41,183 nucleotides of DNA, from contig MGYT01000125.1 in the NCBI GenBank assembly GCA_001801865.1, forward strand, positions 4,521 to 45,703, given 5' to 3'. The notes beneath the pieces were generated by a model that saw only the letters and a program-made list of their open reading frames with translations, had not been told where the DNA came from and ran no database searches. Positions 11,340-19,529 of the stretch are shown here, one piece after another (position 1 is the stretch's first letter; the number at the start of each line of letters is the position of its first letter). Source of the stretch: Gammaproteobacteria bacterium RIFCSPLOWO2_02_FULL_61_13 (GTDB taxonomy: Bacteria; Pseudomonadota; Gammaproteobacteria; Eutrophobiales; Eutrophobiaceae). A program made the position numbers and the translations under genes.

Positions 11340-11963
11340 ATGGCCACGGTCGCAGTGCTGGATTACGGCAGCAGCAACCTTCGTTCCGTCGCCAAGGCGC
11401 TGCAGGCGGTGGCCGCGCCGGACATGAAGGTGCGCATCAGCACCACTGCCGCGGAGTTGCGCCGCGCCGATCGCATTGTCTTTCCCGGCCAGGGCGCCAT
11501 CGGCCAGTGCATGCAGCGACTGCAGGCGCTGGATTTGATTGAGGCCCTGACCGACTGCCTGCGCGACAAGCCCTTCCTCGGCATCTGCCTCGGCATGCAA
11601 AGCCTGTTCAGCACGAGTGAAGAGAACGGCGGCACGCCATGCCTGAACATCGTTCCCGGCACGGTGCGGCGTTTTCCTGCAGGCGCCGGACTCAAGGTGC
11701 CGCATATGGGGTGGAATCAGGTCCGGCAAAGGTTACCGCATCCGCTCTGGGAAGATATCCCCGGCGGCGAGCGCTTTTACTTCGTGCACAGCTACTATGT
11801 TGCGCCCGCAGATGACACGAACATCGCGGGCAGCACCGATTACGGTATTGATTTCACGTCGGCAGTGGCGCATGAGAATCTGTTCGCGGTGCAATTCCAT
11901 CCGGAAAAAAGCCAGCGCCCTGGCCTGGCACTACTGCGCAATTTTCTGCACTGGCAACCGTGA
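11340..11963 (+). CDS. hisH: Imidazole glycerol phosphate synthase, glutamine amidotransferase subunit
   Basis: The start is set at MATVAVLDYGSSNLRSV (11340). Class I amidotransferase catalytic Cys context (FLGICLGMQ) and C-terminal FAVQFHPEKS. Confidence 0.9.
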   Translation: MATVAVLDYGSSNLRSVAKALQAVAAPDMKVRISTTAAELRRADRIVFPGQGAIGQCMQRLQALDLIEALTDCLRDKPFLGICLGMQSLFSTSEENGGTPCLNIVPGTVRRFPAGAGLKVPHMGWNQVRQRLPHPLWEDIPGGERFYFVHSYYVAPADDTNIAGSTDYGIDFTSAVAHENLFAVQFHPEKSQRPGLALLRNFLHWQP

Positions 11964-11994
11964 TAGGTCCGGTTGGCCGGATTCCGCCCCCCGG

Positions 11995-12033
11995 AAAAAC
12001 AAATGGGCCATGGATCACGAGGATCCATGGCCC
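11995..12033 (-). terminator. Intrinsic terminator for the HU-fold gene; the hairpin may also stop hisH transcription
   Basis: Perfect 12-bp stem GGGCCATGGATC/GATCCATGGCCC (12005-12016 and 12022-12033) with loop ACGAG. On the minus strand it is followed by ATTTGTTTTT. There is no U-run on the plus strand. Confidence 0.7.
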
Positions 12034-12080
12034 GCTGAAACTACCGCGCCGGCAAACCGGCCGGGAGGATTAATCAGCAA

Positions 12081-12416
12081 TCAGCCTGCCGCCATGTCCT
12101 TCAACGCCTTCAGGGCGATGGCGCGCACGGAGTTGGTGGCCGGTTTGGCCTTGATCATGATCTCTTCGCCGGTGAAGGGATTAATGCCCTTGCGCGCGGC
12201 ACGCGCGGGCTTCATGACACGACGCAGCTTCACAGCGATTGACGGCACGGTGAATTCGCCCGAGCCCTTCTTGTTCAGGTGGCAACGCGCAAGTCCGGTC
12301 ATGGAATCGAGTACTGCGCCGACCTGCTTTTTCGTCAACCCGGTATCTTCCGCGATGGCGCTCAAAATCTGCGACTTGGTCTGTTTGCTGGTGATGACTG
12401 TTGGTTTCTTGGCCAT
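12081..12416 (-). CDS. HU-fold (bacterial histone-like) DNA-binding protein with a basic N-terminal extension
   Basis: 111 aa. Residues from about 14 onward align to HU/IHF (ILSAIAEDTGLTKKQVGAVLDSM...; arm RKGINPFTGEEIMIKAKP; C-terminal KALKDMA). They are preceded by the non-HU tail MAKKPTVITSKQTK. Confidence 0.8.
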   Translation of the reverse strand: MAKKPTVITSKQTKSQILSAIAEDTGLTKKQVGAVLDSMTGLARCHLNKKGSGEFTVPSIAVKLRRVMKPARAARKGINPFTGEEIMIKAKPATNSVRAIALKALKDMAAG

Positions 12417-12543
12417 TTAGATGTCCTCATTATTCTGCTGGTGATTTGGATGTTCGCTGCCCCAGAATGCCCCGCCCGGCACGCGGCCCGGCGGTCAATG
12501 CTGTAATTATTATTTGTAGCTCAAGGCGGGGTAATTATGCTAT

Positions 12544-13341
12544 TTAAATGGGACGATTGCCATCCGGAAATCCCGTTATTTCCCGCTTTTCCTGCCCAAT
12601 CCGTCCCTGCACTTCCCGCCACAGGGCCGCGAATGATGCACTGGACTCGCTGCCCGGGGCGCAGACGGGAAGCGGGGCGCGGAACTCCCCCATGCGCTCC
12701 ACCACGGCGGAATAACTGATGCTGGTACTCAACACCTCGGGGTGATCGCGGTGCACGTCCAGCATAGTGTCGCGGTGCAGACGGCGGCGCCGGTCAACCA
12801 TGGAGAAAAACGGCAGCAATCGCACCTGGAATTCCGGGTGCTTCCCGAACCAGGACTTGAGTCGTTCGTAAACACGCAACGACAGGATGGTCGGAATCAG
12901 GGGGATCAGCAGGACGTCCGCGGCCCGGAAGACATTCTCGGACACGATTGAAATCGCGGGCGCACAGTCCAGGAACACGTGGTCATATTCACCGCGCACC
13001 GGTGCCACGAGTTCGGCGAGGCGGCCGGCCCAGCGCTTTTTCCGCCCCAGATATTGATCCAGATTGCGATAGGAAAAATCCGCCGGCATCAAATCCAGAC
13101 CGGGATAGTTGGTTGCCTTGATGAAGTCCTGCAGTTCGCGCCGGCCCTTGATTAACTGCTTGCTGCCGCCGCGAATCCTGGGTTTCACACGGAAAAAGTA
13201 GCTGGCGGCGGCCTGGGGGTCCAGATCCCAAAGCAACACCTGGCCGCCGGAGGCGGTCGCCGCGTAGGCCAGGTTGACCGCCGCCGTGGTCTTTCCGACA
13301 CCGCCCTTCAGGTTGTAACAGGCGAAGACCCTGGCGCTCAT
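12544..13341 (-). CDS. Orphan ParA/MinD-family P-loop ATPase
   Basis: 265 aa. Deviant Walker A with signature lysine (NLKGGVGKTT), DLDPQ, and Walker B-like HVFLDCAP. Its ATG overlaps the stop of the upstream CHAD gene (ATGA at 13338-13341). No ParB-like gene is adjacent. Confidence 0.85.
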   Translation of the reverse strand: MSARVFACYNLKGGVGKTTAAVNLAYAATASGGQVLLWDLDPQAAASYFFRVKPRIRGGSKQLIKGRRELQDFIKATNYPGLDLMPADFSYRNLDQYLGRKKRWAGRLAELVAPVRGEYDHVFLDCAPAISIVSENVFRAADVLLIPLIPTILSLRVYERLKSWFGKHPEFQVRLLPFFSMVDRRRRLHRDTMLDVHRDHPEVLSTSISYSAVVERMGEFRAPLPVCAPGSESSASFAALWREVQGRIGQEKREITGFPDGNRPI

Positions 13342-14897
13342 GGCGGCCCTGCCAGCAAACGTTCCATGGCGGCGCGCACCGGCTCCGCCGCAAACCGCTC
13401 AAAGCGCCGGACGAAACCCTGTTGCGCCTCCAGCTCCAGCCGATCCAGTTCCAATCCCAGTTCCGCCATGGCAGCCAGCGATTGCGAGTCCGTGTCTGTC
13501 CGCGCCAGGAACTCCTGCTGCCATTGCCGCAGCCATTCGCGTTGCACGTGGTAGTCCACGATATCGCCCAGCACACCCTGCAGCTTACGCAACCGGCGCA
13601 GCACCTCGTCCACGTCCGCTGAAGGGTAAAGCGTGCGAAAGGCCTCAAGCAGGTAGCGCAGCTTCTTGCCGTCCTTGCGCAACTCATGCAAAACCGGGCT
13701 GTACGTGCCGACACCGCAGCGCGCGCCATCGCGCAGCAGGCGCTTGTGCAAGCGCCGCAATGCGTCGTTGGCGGCGTCCAGCACATAGGGCGCGGAATTC
13801 ATGCGCGGCGCATGGCGGCCGGCAAACCCCTCGAGGTAATGGCGCCAGTCCGGGAGGAAATTCCGAAACCTGATACCACTCAATGTCAGCACCAGATCCG
13901 CATGCGCCTGGCGCCGCCGTTCGACCAGTCCGTCCAGCAATGGCGCCAGGGCGCGCTCATGCCTGCCGCTGAGCCGGGCAGCCAGCCCCGGCAATGCCGA
14001 CAGGAACACATCCAGATCCCGCTGCGGAGATGTGTTCGCACTCAGCCACGCAAACGTGTCCCGGAATGACGCTGTTCCACGTCCGGGAAAGGCGCCGCGC
14101 ACCTGGGTCAACAGTGAGCGGCTGCGCCGGCATGCGATGCGGAAGTCATGCAGGAACTCGGTGTCCGTGTCGCTCCGGATCCCGTCCACATTGGCCGCCA
14201 GGATCCGCAACTGGCCCAGTAATATCAGGCCCAGGGCACGGGCGGCGGACTGGCGTGGGCGCAACGGAACCGGCGTATTTACTGGTGCCCCAGCCTGCAT
14301 TTTGCTGAACAAGGCGAGGAATTTCCGCGCCGGGTCGCTTTCCGGGCCGGCGCCATCCAGCACGGCATCAAGTTCCGCGAACAGGCGCCGGCAGGACTTC
14401 TCATAACCCCGCAACGGCCAGAGTCGCAATACATTCAGCAGAGTGGTGCCGCGTCCGGTGGAGGCGGCCCCAATTACCTGTTCCCGCGACAACGTGGCGC
14501 GGATCTTACCTTCGCCGTCGACCACGCGAAAATCAGTGATGCGCATGCACAGCAGGCACTGCACCAGCAACGCCCGGCCACCGAGCAGCGGCTGGATTGC
14601 AGACTCCACCGGCCCGGCCGGCACCACGAATGGCTCGGGTACGGGTGTGATCAGCGGCTGTTCCACATAGTCCACTTCCGCACCGGCACCGTACAGGCGC
14701 ACGCGCGACTCGCCATCCACATCCAGCTCCAGAAAACGTCCGGCCCGGCGTAATCGATGATCAAACGTGTCAAACAGCAGGCGCTGAATCTGGCGTGTGC
14801 CGGACTGCTGGAGATCGAAAGAGGACGCCACCAGGTTGCGCGCGGAAACGAACTCCCGCTGGGTCGCAAGGACACGTTGGAACAACCTTCCGTTCAT
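13338..14897 (-). CDS. CHAD domain protein with a divergent CYTH-like N-terminal domain
   Basis: 519 aa. The C-terminal half carries the conserved-histidine helical motifs of CHAD (EFLHDFRIACRRSRSLL; VLHELRKDGKKLRYLLEAF; LQGVLGDIVDYHV). The N-terminal roughly 200 aa resembles CYTH (QIQRLLFDTFDHRLRRAG) but I see no ExExK motif. Confidence 0.85.
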   Translation of the reverse strand: MNGRLFQRVLATQREFVSARNLVASSFDLQQSGTRQIQRLLFDTFDHRLRRAGRFLELDVDGESRVRLYGAGAEVDYVEQPLITPVPEPFVVPAGPVESAIQPLLGGRALLVQCLLCMRITDFRVVDGEGKIRATLSREQVIGAASTGRGTTLLNVLRLWPLRGYEKSCRRLFAELDAVLDGAGPESDPARKFLALFSKMQAGAPVNTPVPLRPRQSAARALGLILLGQLRILAANVDGIRSDTDTEFLHDFRIACRRSRSLLTQVRGAFPGRGTASFRDTFAWLSANTSPQRDLDVFLSALPGLAARLSGRHERALAPLLDGLVERRRQAHADLVLTLSGIRFRNFLPDWRHYLEGFAGRHAPRMNSAPYVLDAANDALRRLHKRLLRDGARCGVGTYSPVLHELRKDGKKLRYLLEAFRTLYPSADVDEVLRRLRKLQGVLGDIVDYHVQREWLRQWQQEFLARTDTDSQSLAAMAELGLELDRLELEAQQGFVRRFERFAAEPVRAAMERLLAGPP

Positions 14898-14969
14898 GGA
14901 AAATACCGGCCGCTGCCGGATGACGGCGGAGGACGCGTCAGTATCAACGCGGGCATGGGAGATTCGAGA

Positions 14970-16256
14970 TCAGGAACGCGACAGGGCCCGATGCGCGATA
15001 TCCCGGCGATAGAACATGCCCGGCCAGTTGATCCGGTCCACGGCCGCATAGGCGTGCCGCCGCGCCTCCGCCACACCCGTGCCCAATGCGCCCACGCACA
15101 GCACGCGGCCACCGCTGGTGAGCGTGTCGTCACCGCGCAGCACCGTGCCGCCGTGAAACACTTTGACGTCCTGACCAAAGTCCTGCTCCAGTCCATGAAT
15201 GACATCACCCTTGCGCGGTTCGTCGGGATAGCCTTCGGCGGCGAGCACCACTCCCAGCGCAACACGATCATCCCAATGCAAATGATGGCCCGCCAACCCG
15301 CCTGCCACCGCTGCCCTGCACAACTCGACCAGGCTGCTTTGCAATCGCAGCATGATGGGCTGCGTTTCCGGGTCGCCCATCCGGCAGTTGAATTCCAAAA
15401 CCGTTGGTGCGCCATCGGCACCAATCATCAAACCGGCATAAAGAAACCCGACATAGGGCTTGCCCTCCGTCGCCATGCCGGCGACGGTGGGCAGAATAAT
15501 GGCGGACATGACCCGGTCATGCACGTCCGGGGTGACCACCGGCGCCGGTGAATAGGCGCCCATGCCACCGGTATTCGGCCCCCGATCACCGTCATCCCGC
15601 GTCTTGTGATCCTGGGAACTGGCCAGCGACACAACGTTTTGGCCGTCGCTGACCACCATGAAGCTGGCCTCTTCACCGGGCAGAAAATCCTCCACCAATA
15701 CCCGTTGCCCGGCCGCGCCAAAGCGATTCCCGGCCAGCATGTCACGGGCGGCGGCGGTGGCCTCGGCCTGATCCTGCGCCACCACCACACCCTTGCCGGC
15801 AGCCAACCCATCGGCCTTCACCACCACGCGCCCCGGACGGCTGCGCACGAATTCCAGGCACGCTTCCAGTTCCGTGAAACTGCCGTAGGCTGCCGTCGGT
15901 ATGCGGTGCCGGGCCAGAAAATCCTTGCAGAAAGTCTTCGATCCTTCCAGGGCCGCGGCCGCCGCCGATGGCCCGAAACAGCGCAGACCCCGGGCGCGGA
16001 ACCTGTCCACGCAACCCGCGACCAGCGGCGCTTCCGGCCCGATGATGGTCAGCGCAACGTCCTGTTGCACGGCAAACTCCACCAGCGCCGCGGTCTCTTC
16101 GGCGCGAATCGGAACATTGGTCAGTTTATTTTCCCGCGCCGTGCCCGCGTTACCCGGCGCCACAAACACCTGCGCCACGTCGTCATCCTGCGCCGCCTTC
16201 CAGGCCAGTGCATGTTCACGTCCACCACCGCCGACAACGAGTATCCGCTGCGTCAC
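14970..16256 (-). CDS. purD: Phosphoribosylamine-glycine ligase
   Basis: 428 aa. [16 protein letters not shown] at the N-terminus, an ATP-grasp core, and C-terminal GGRVLCV. Confidence 0.95.
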   Translation of the reverse strand: MTQRILVVGGGGREHALAWKAAQDDDVAQVFVAPGNAGTARENKLTNVPIRAEETAALVEFAVQQDVALTIIGPEAPLVAGCVDRFRARGLRCFGPSAAAAALEGSKTFCKDFLARHRIPTAAYGSFTELEACLEFVRSRPGRVVVKADGLAAGKGVVVAQDQAEATAAARDMLAGNRFGAAGQRVLVEDFLPGEEASFMVVSDGQNVVSLASSQDHKTRDDGDRGPNTGGMGAYSPAPVVTPDVHDRVMSAIILPTVAGMATEGKPYVGFLYAGLMIGADGAPTVLEFNCRMGDPETQPIMLRLQSSLVELCRAAVAGGLAGHHLHWDDRVALGVVLAAEGYPDEPRKGDVIHGLEQDFGQDVKVFHGGTVLRGDDTLTSGGRVLCVGALGTGVAEARRHAYAAVDRINWPGMFYRRDIAHRALSRS

Positions 16257-16270
16257 ACGTTGTCCGCGCG

Positions 16271-17830
16271 TCAGTGGCGAAAGTGCCGCATGCCGGTAAA
16301 CACCATGGCGATATCATGCTCATCCGCGGCGGCGATCACCTCCGCATCGCGTATTGAACCGCCCGGCTGCACAACGGCGCGAATCCCGGCGGCGGCCGCG
16401 GAATCAATGCCGTCCCGGAACGGAAAAAATGCATCCGACGCCATGACCGCAGCACCGATATCAAGCCGTTCATCCGCGGCCTTTATGGCCGCGATGCGGG
16501 CACTGTAGACGCGGCTCATCTGCCCGGCGCCGATGCCCAGAGTGCGGCTTCCGTGCGCATACACAATGGCGTTGGACTTGACATACTTGGCAACGCGCCA
16601 GGCAAATTGCAGGTCTGTCAATTCCTCCCGGGTCGGTGCGCGACGGGTGACGGTTTTCATATCCTGCACAGTTACAACCCCTGAATCGCTGTCCTGGATC
16701 AACAACCCGCCACTTATCCGTTTCATCTCCAGTTGCCGCAGGACCTGCGGTCGATTCCCGGTAACCAGAACCCTGACCCCTGGTTTCAGCGCCGTGGTGC
16801 GCAGTGCCGCATCGGAGACCTCCGGCGCCAGGATCACCTCAACGAATTGCCGCTCAACTATGACCGCCGCTGTGGCTTCATCCAGTGGCCGGTTAAAGGC
16901 GATGATGCCGCCAAAGGCGGATGTGGGATCGGTGGCATAGGCATGCTCGTATGCACTGAGGAGTGTGCCGGCCTCCGCCACGCCGCAAGGGTTGGCATGC
17001 TTGACTATGACACACGCGGGATCAGCAAACGCCAGCACGCACTCCAGTGCCGTATCGGCATCCGCGAGGTTGTTGTAGGACAGTTCCTTGCCCTGCAACT
17101 GGCGCGCACCGGCCAGCGTCCCCACCGGCGGTTGCGGCTCGCCATAAAGGGCCGCTGCCTGGTGCGGATTCTCTCCGTAGCGTAAATCCTGCAGCTTGCG
17201 GAACTGGAAGGTAAACGTGCGCGGAAAATCCAGCGGTTCCCCTGCCGCATCCATGGAGCCGAGATAATTGGAAACGGCGGCATCGTATTCTGCGGTGTGC
17301 GCGAAGACCTTCTGGGCCAGGCGAAAACGCAAGGCATCACCCAACTCGCAGTCATTGCCGGCGAGTTCGCGCAATACCTCATCATAATCAGCCGCATCCA
17401 CCACCACGCCGACGCGGGCATGATTCTTGGCCGCGGCGCGCAGCATGGCCGGTCCGCCGATGTCGATGTTTTCAATGGCTTCGTCCAGCGTGCATTCGGG
17501 GCGGCTGACCGTGGCGGCGAAGGGATAGAGGTTCACCACCAGCAGGCCGATGGCGTCGATGCCGTGGGCAAGCATGACCGCGTCATCCACGCCGTCGCGA
17601 CCCAGTAACGCGCCATGCACCTTCGGGTGCAGCGTCTTCACGCGGCCGTCCATGATCTCCGGAAAACCGGTGTAGTCGGAGACCTCCTCGACCTGAATAC
17701 CGCTGCCCAGCAACAGCCGGGCCGTGCCGCCAGTGGACAATATATGAATGCCGAGGCCGGCCAGGCCGCGTGCCAGTGCCACAATGCCGGTCTTGTCGGA
17801 AACGCTGATGAGTGCTCTGCGAACGGCCAT
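16271..17830 (-). CDS. purH: Bifunctional AICAR formyltransferase / IMP cyclohydrolase
   Basis: The start is set at [15 protein letters not shown] (17830; the ORF-track start is a TTG five codons upstream). MGS-like domain plus AICARFT domain, ending in the typical FTGMRHFRH. Confidence 0.95.
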   Translation of the reverse strand: MAVRRALISVSDKTGIVALARGLAGLGIHILSTGGTARLLLGSGIQVEEVSDYTGFPEIMDGRVKTLHPKVHGALLGRDGVDDAVMLAHGIDAIGLLVVNLYPFAATVSRPECTLDEAIENIDIGGPAMLRAAAKNHARVGVVVDAADYDEVLRELAGNDCELGDALRFRLAQKVFAHTAEYDAAVSNYLGSMDAAGEPLDFPRTFTFQFRKLQDLRYGENPHQAAALYGEPQPPVGTLAGARQLQGKELSYNNLADADTALECVLAFADPACVIVKHANPCGVAEAGTLLSAYEHAYATDPTSAFGGIIAFNRPLDEATAAVIVERQFVEVILAPEVSDAALRTTALKPGVRVLVTGNRPQVLRQLEMKRISGGLLIQDSDSGVVTVQDMKTVTRRAPTREELTDLQFAWRVAKYVKSNAIVYAHGSRTLGIGAGQMSRVYSARIAAIKAADERLDIGAAVMASDAFFPFRDGIDSAAAAGIRAVVQPGGSIRDAEVIAAADEHDIAMVFTGMRHFRH

Positions 17831-17940
17831 GAACCTGTTGCCCAAGTTGCGCCGCTGCCGGCCTTAAAGATCAGTCGGGGACAGTTTTCAACTCTGTCGC
17901 TGTTACAAATCCTGCTGCACTGCGCTTATACACCAACCCG

Positions 17941-18210
17941 TCAGGCATCAATACCGTACTTGTCCAACCGGCTGCGCAGCGTGGCGCGGTTCAAACCCAG
18001 AAGTTGCGCGGCGCGGCTGATGTTACCCCCGGTATTTTTCATGACCACCTCGAACAGCGGCTTTTCCACCTCGGACATGAACAAATCATAAAGCCCGGCC
18101 GGATCATGGCCGTCCATGTCGCGGAAATAACGCTCCATGGCCTCATGCACGTTGTCGCGCAGTGACGCCACGGCGCGGCCTCCGGCGGTGAACTTGCGCA
18201 CCGCATTCAT
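17941..18210 (-). CDS. fis: DNA-binding protein Fis
   Basis: 89 aa starting at MNAVRKF. The C-terminal HTH GNISRAAQLLGLNRATLRSRLDKYGI is the Fis signature. ATGA overlap with the dusB stop, as in the conserved dusB-fis operon. The 184-aa ORF-track version is an artefactual upstream extension. Confidence 0.9.
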   Translation of the reverse strand: MNAVRKFTAGGRAVASLRDNVHEAMERYFRDMDGHDPAGLYDLFMSEVEKPLFEVVMKNTGGNISRAAQLLGLNRATLRSRLDKYGIDA

Positions 18211-19187
18211 GCCGCCGCTGCCAGTGCCTGTTGTCCAAACCACGCCGACAGGGCGGCCGTCTGATCGGTGCCGCGTTCCGCCCGGTTGACCTGCGCCCGA
18301 AGTTCCTCTGCGCCCCCCAGCGCACGCAAGTACCAGCCCACATGTTTCCGCGCCACGCGCACGCCCTGATGCTCGCCATAAAACTCGTACAGCCGCTCCA
18401 GGTGCCGCGACAGAATCGCCCATATGGCAAGCGGATTCGGCGCGGGCAGCATTGTGCCGTGTTCGAGGAAATGCCGGATCTCGCGAAATATCCACGGGCG
18501 ACCCTGGGCCGCGCGCCCGATCATGAGTCCATCGGCCCCGGTCTGCGCCAGGACCTCGCGTGCCTCAGCGGCACTGCTGATGTCGCCATTGGCCAGCACC
18601 GGGATGGACACCGCCGCCTTGACGGCGCGCACGGTGTCATGTTCCGCGCGCCCCTGGAAACCACAGGCCCGTGTGCGTCCATGCACCGCGAGCGCCTGCA
18701 CGCCGAAGTGTTCCGCCATGCGCGCCACCTGCACTGCATTCCGGCGCGTGCTGTCCCAGCCAGTGCGAATCTTCAGGGTCACCGGCACGGACACTGCGCT
18801 CACGACACTTTCCAGGATCCGGGCCACCAGGAACTCATCCCGCAACAGCGCGGAACCGGCGGCGACATTGCATACCTTGCGGGCCGGGCAGCCCATGTTG
18901 ATGTCGATTATCTCCGCGCCGCAGTCCGTGTTGAAGCGTGCCGCCGCCGCCATCTGCCGCGGGTCTGCGCCTACGATCTGAACCACCCGCGGTCCCGGTT
19001 CGCCGGCATGATCGCGTCGTAACCGCGTCTTGCGGCTGTCCTGCAGTTGCGGTGCGCTGCTCACCATTTCGGAAACGGCCATGCCCGCGCCCAGTTCGCG
19101 GCACAACAGGCGAAAAGGACGATCCGTGATTCCGGCCATGGGTGCCAGCACGAGATTATTGCGCAACAAATACGGTCCTATTTTCAT
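18207..19187 (-). CDS. dusB: tRNA-dihydrouridine synthase B
   Basis: 326 aa. LAPMAGITDRPFR, DINMGCPA.KV and the TIM-barrel Dus pattern. AAGAAGGGA ribosome-binding site just upstream of the ATG. Confidence 0.92.
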   Translation of the reverse strand: MKIGPYLLRNNLVLAPMAGITDRPFRLLCRELGAGMAVSEMVSSAPQLQDSRKTRLRRDHAGEPGPRVVQIVGADPRQMAAAARFNTDCGAEIIDINMGCPARKVCNVAAGSALLRDEFLVARILESVVSAVSVPVTLKIRTGWDSTRRNAVQVARMAEHFGVQALAVHGRTRACGFQGRAEHDTVRAVKAAVSIPVLANGDISSAAEAREVLAQTGADGLMIGRAAQGRPWIFREIRHFLEHGTMLPAPNPLAIWAILSRHLERLYEFYGEHQGVRVARKHVGWYLRALGGAEELRAQVNRAERGTDQTAALSAWFGQQALAAAA

Positions 19188-19529
19188 TCCCTTCTTAAAC
19201 CGCTTTTTTTATGTGAAACAAACGCCCCGCACGAGCCGGCGATACCGGCGCAAGAACGTGTCGGGCAAAGCGCAGATCGGGCGATCTGTTTATCGACTGC
19301 GCGCATCGAAATTCTCCAGCACGTTTCGATCCACACAGCGGCTTTTGCGATTGGCAATCATAACGACAAGCAGGCCGCGTTGAAAGTCGCCGACGCAGAA
19401 AATTCTTTGCAATAAGTTGCGCCGCATACCTCAAACTTGCATGTCACGGGAATCAAGCAGTTGCGCGTTACACTGGTGGAAGGACCTGCGAATGCATTGA
19501 TAAGTCCATCCTGGACCTGTCAGAGTTCC

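Noticed and set aside
12989-13786. A 265-aa minus-strand ORF overlapping the ParA-like and CHAD genes in another frame.
   Set aside because: Its composition is Cys/Trp/Arg-rich and low in complexity. The overlapping frames carry clear Walker A and CHAD motifs, so this is an alternative-frame artefact.
12081-14897. Reading the ParA-like gene as a plasmid, ICE or prophage partition gene, which would mark a mobile island.
   Set aside because: The flanks contain no ParB, replication gene, integrase, transposase, tRNA attachment site or direct repeats. Composition matches the neighbouring housekeeping genes. A chromosomal cargo-positioning role fits better.
17941-18495. Long N-terminal extensions in the ORF track for fis (184 aa), ygfB (232 aa), hisH (239 aa), ppk (713 aa), prmA (332 aa), the zapA-upstream gene (212 aa), ubiI, purH, accC and the DUF3426 gene.
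   Set aside because: The extensions overlap upstream genes or spacers and are Arg/Gly-rich. Internal starts reproduce canonical family N-termini, and in the ygfB, ubiI, ppk and prmA cases an SD-like element precedes the internal start. I trimmed the coordinates accordingly.
19195-19434. A 79-aa minus-strand ORF in the spacer upstream of dusB.
   Set aside because: It is Arg-rich with no SD and overlaps the expected dusB-fis promoter region. There is no supporting feature.
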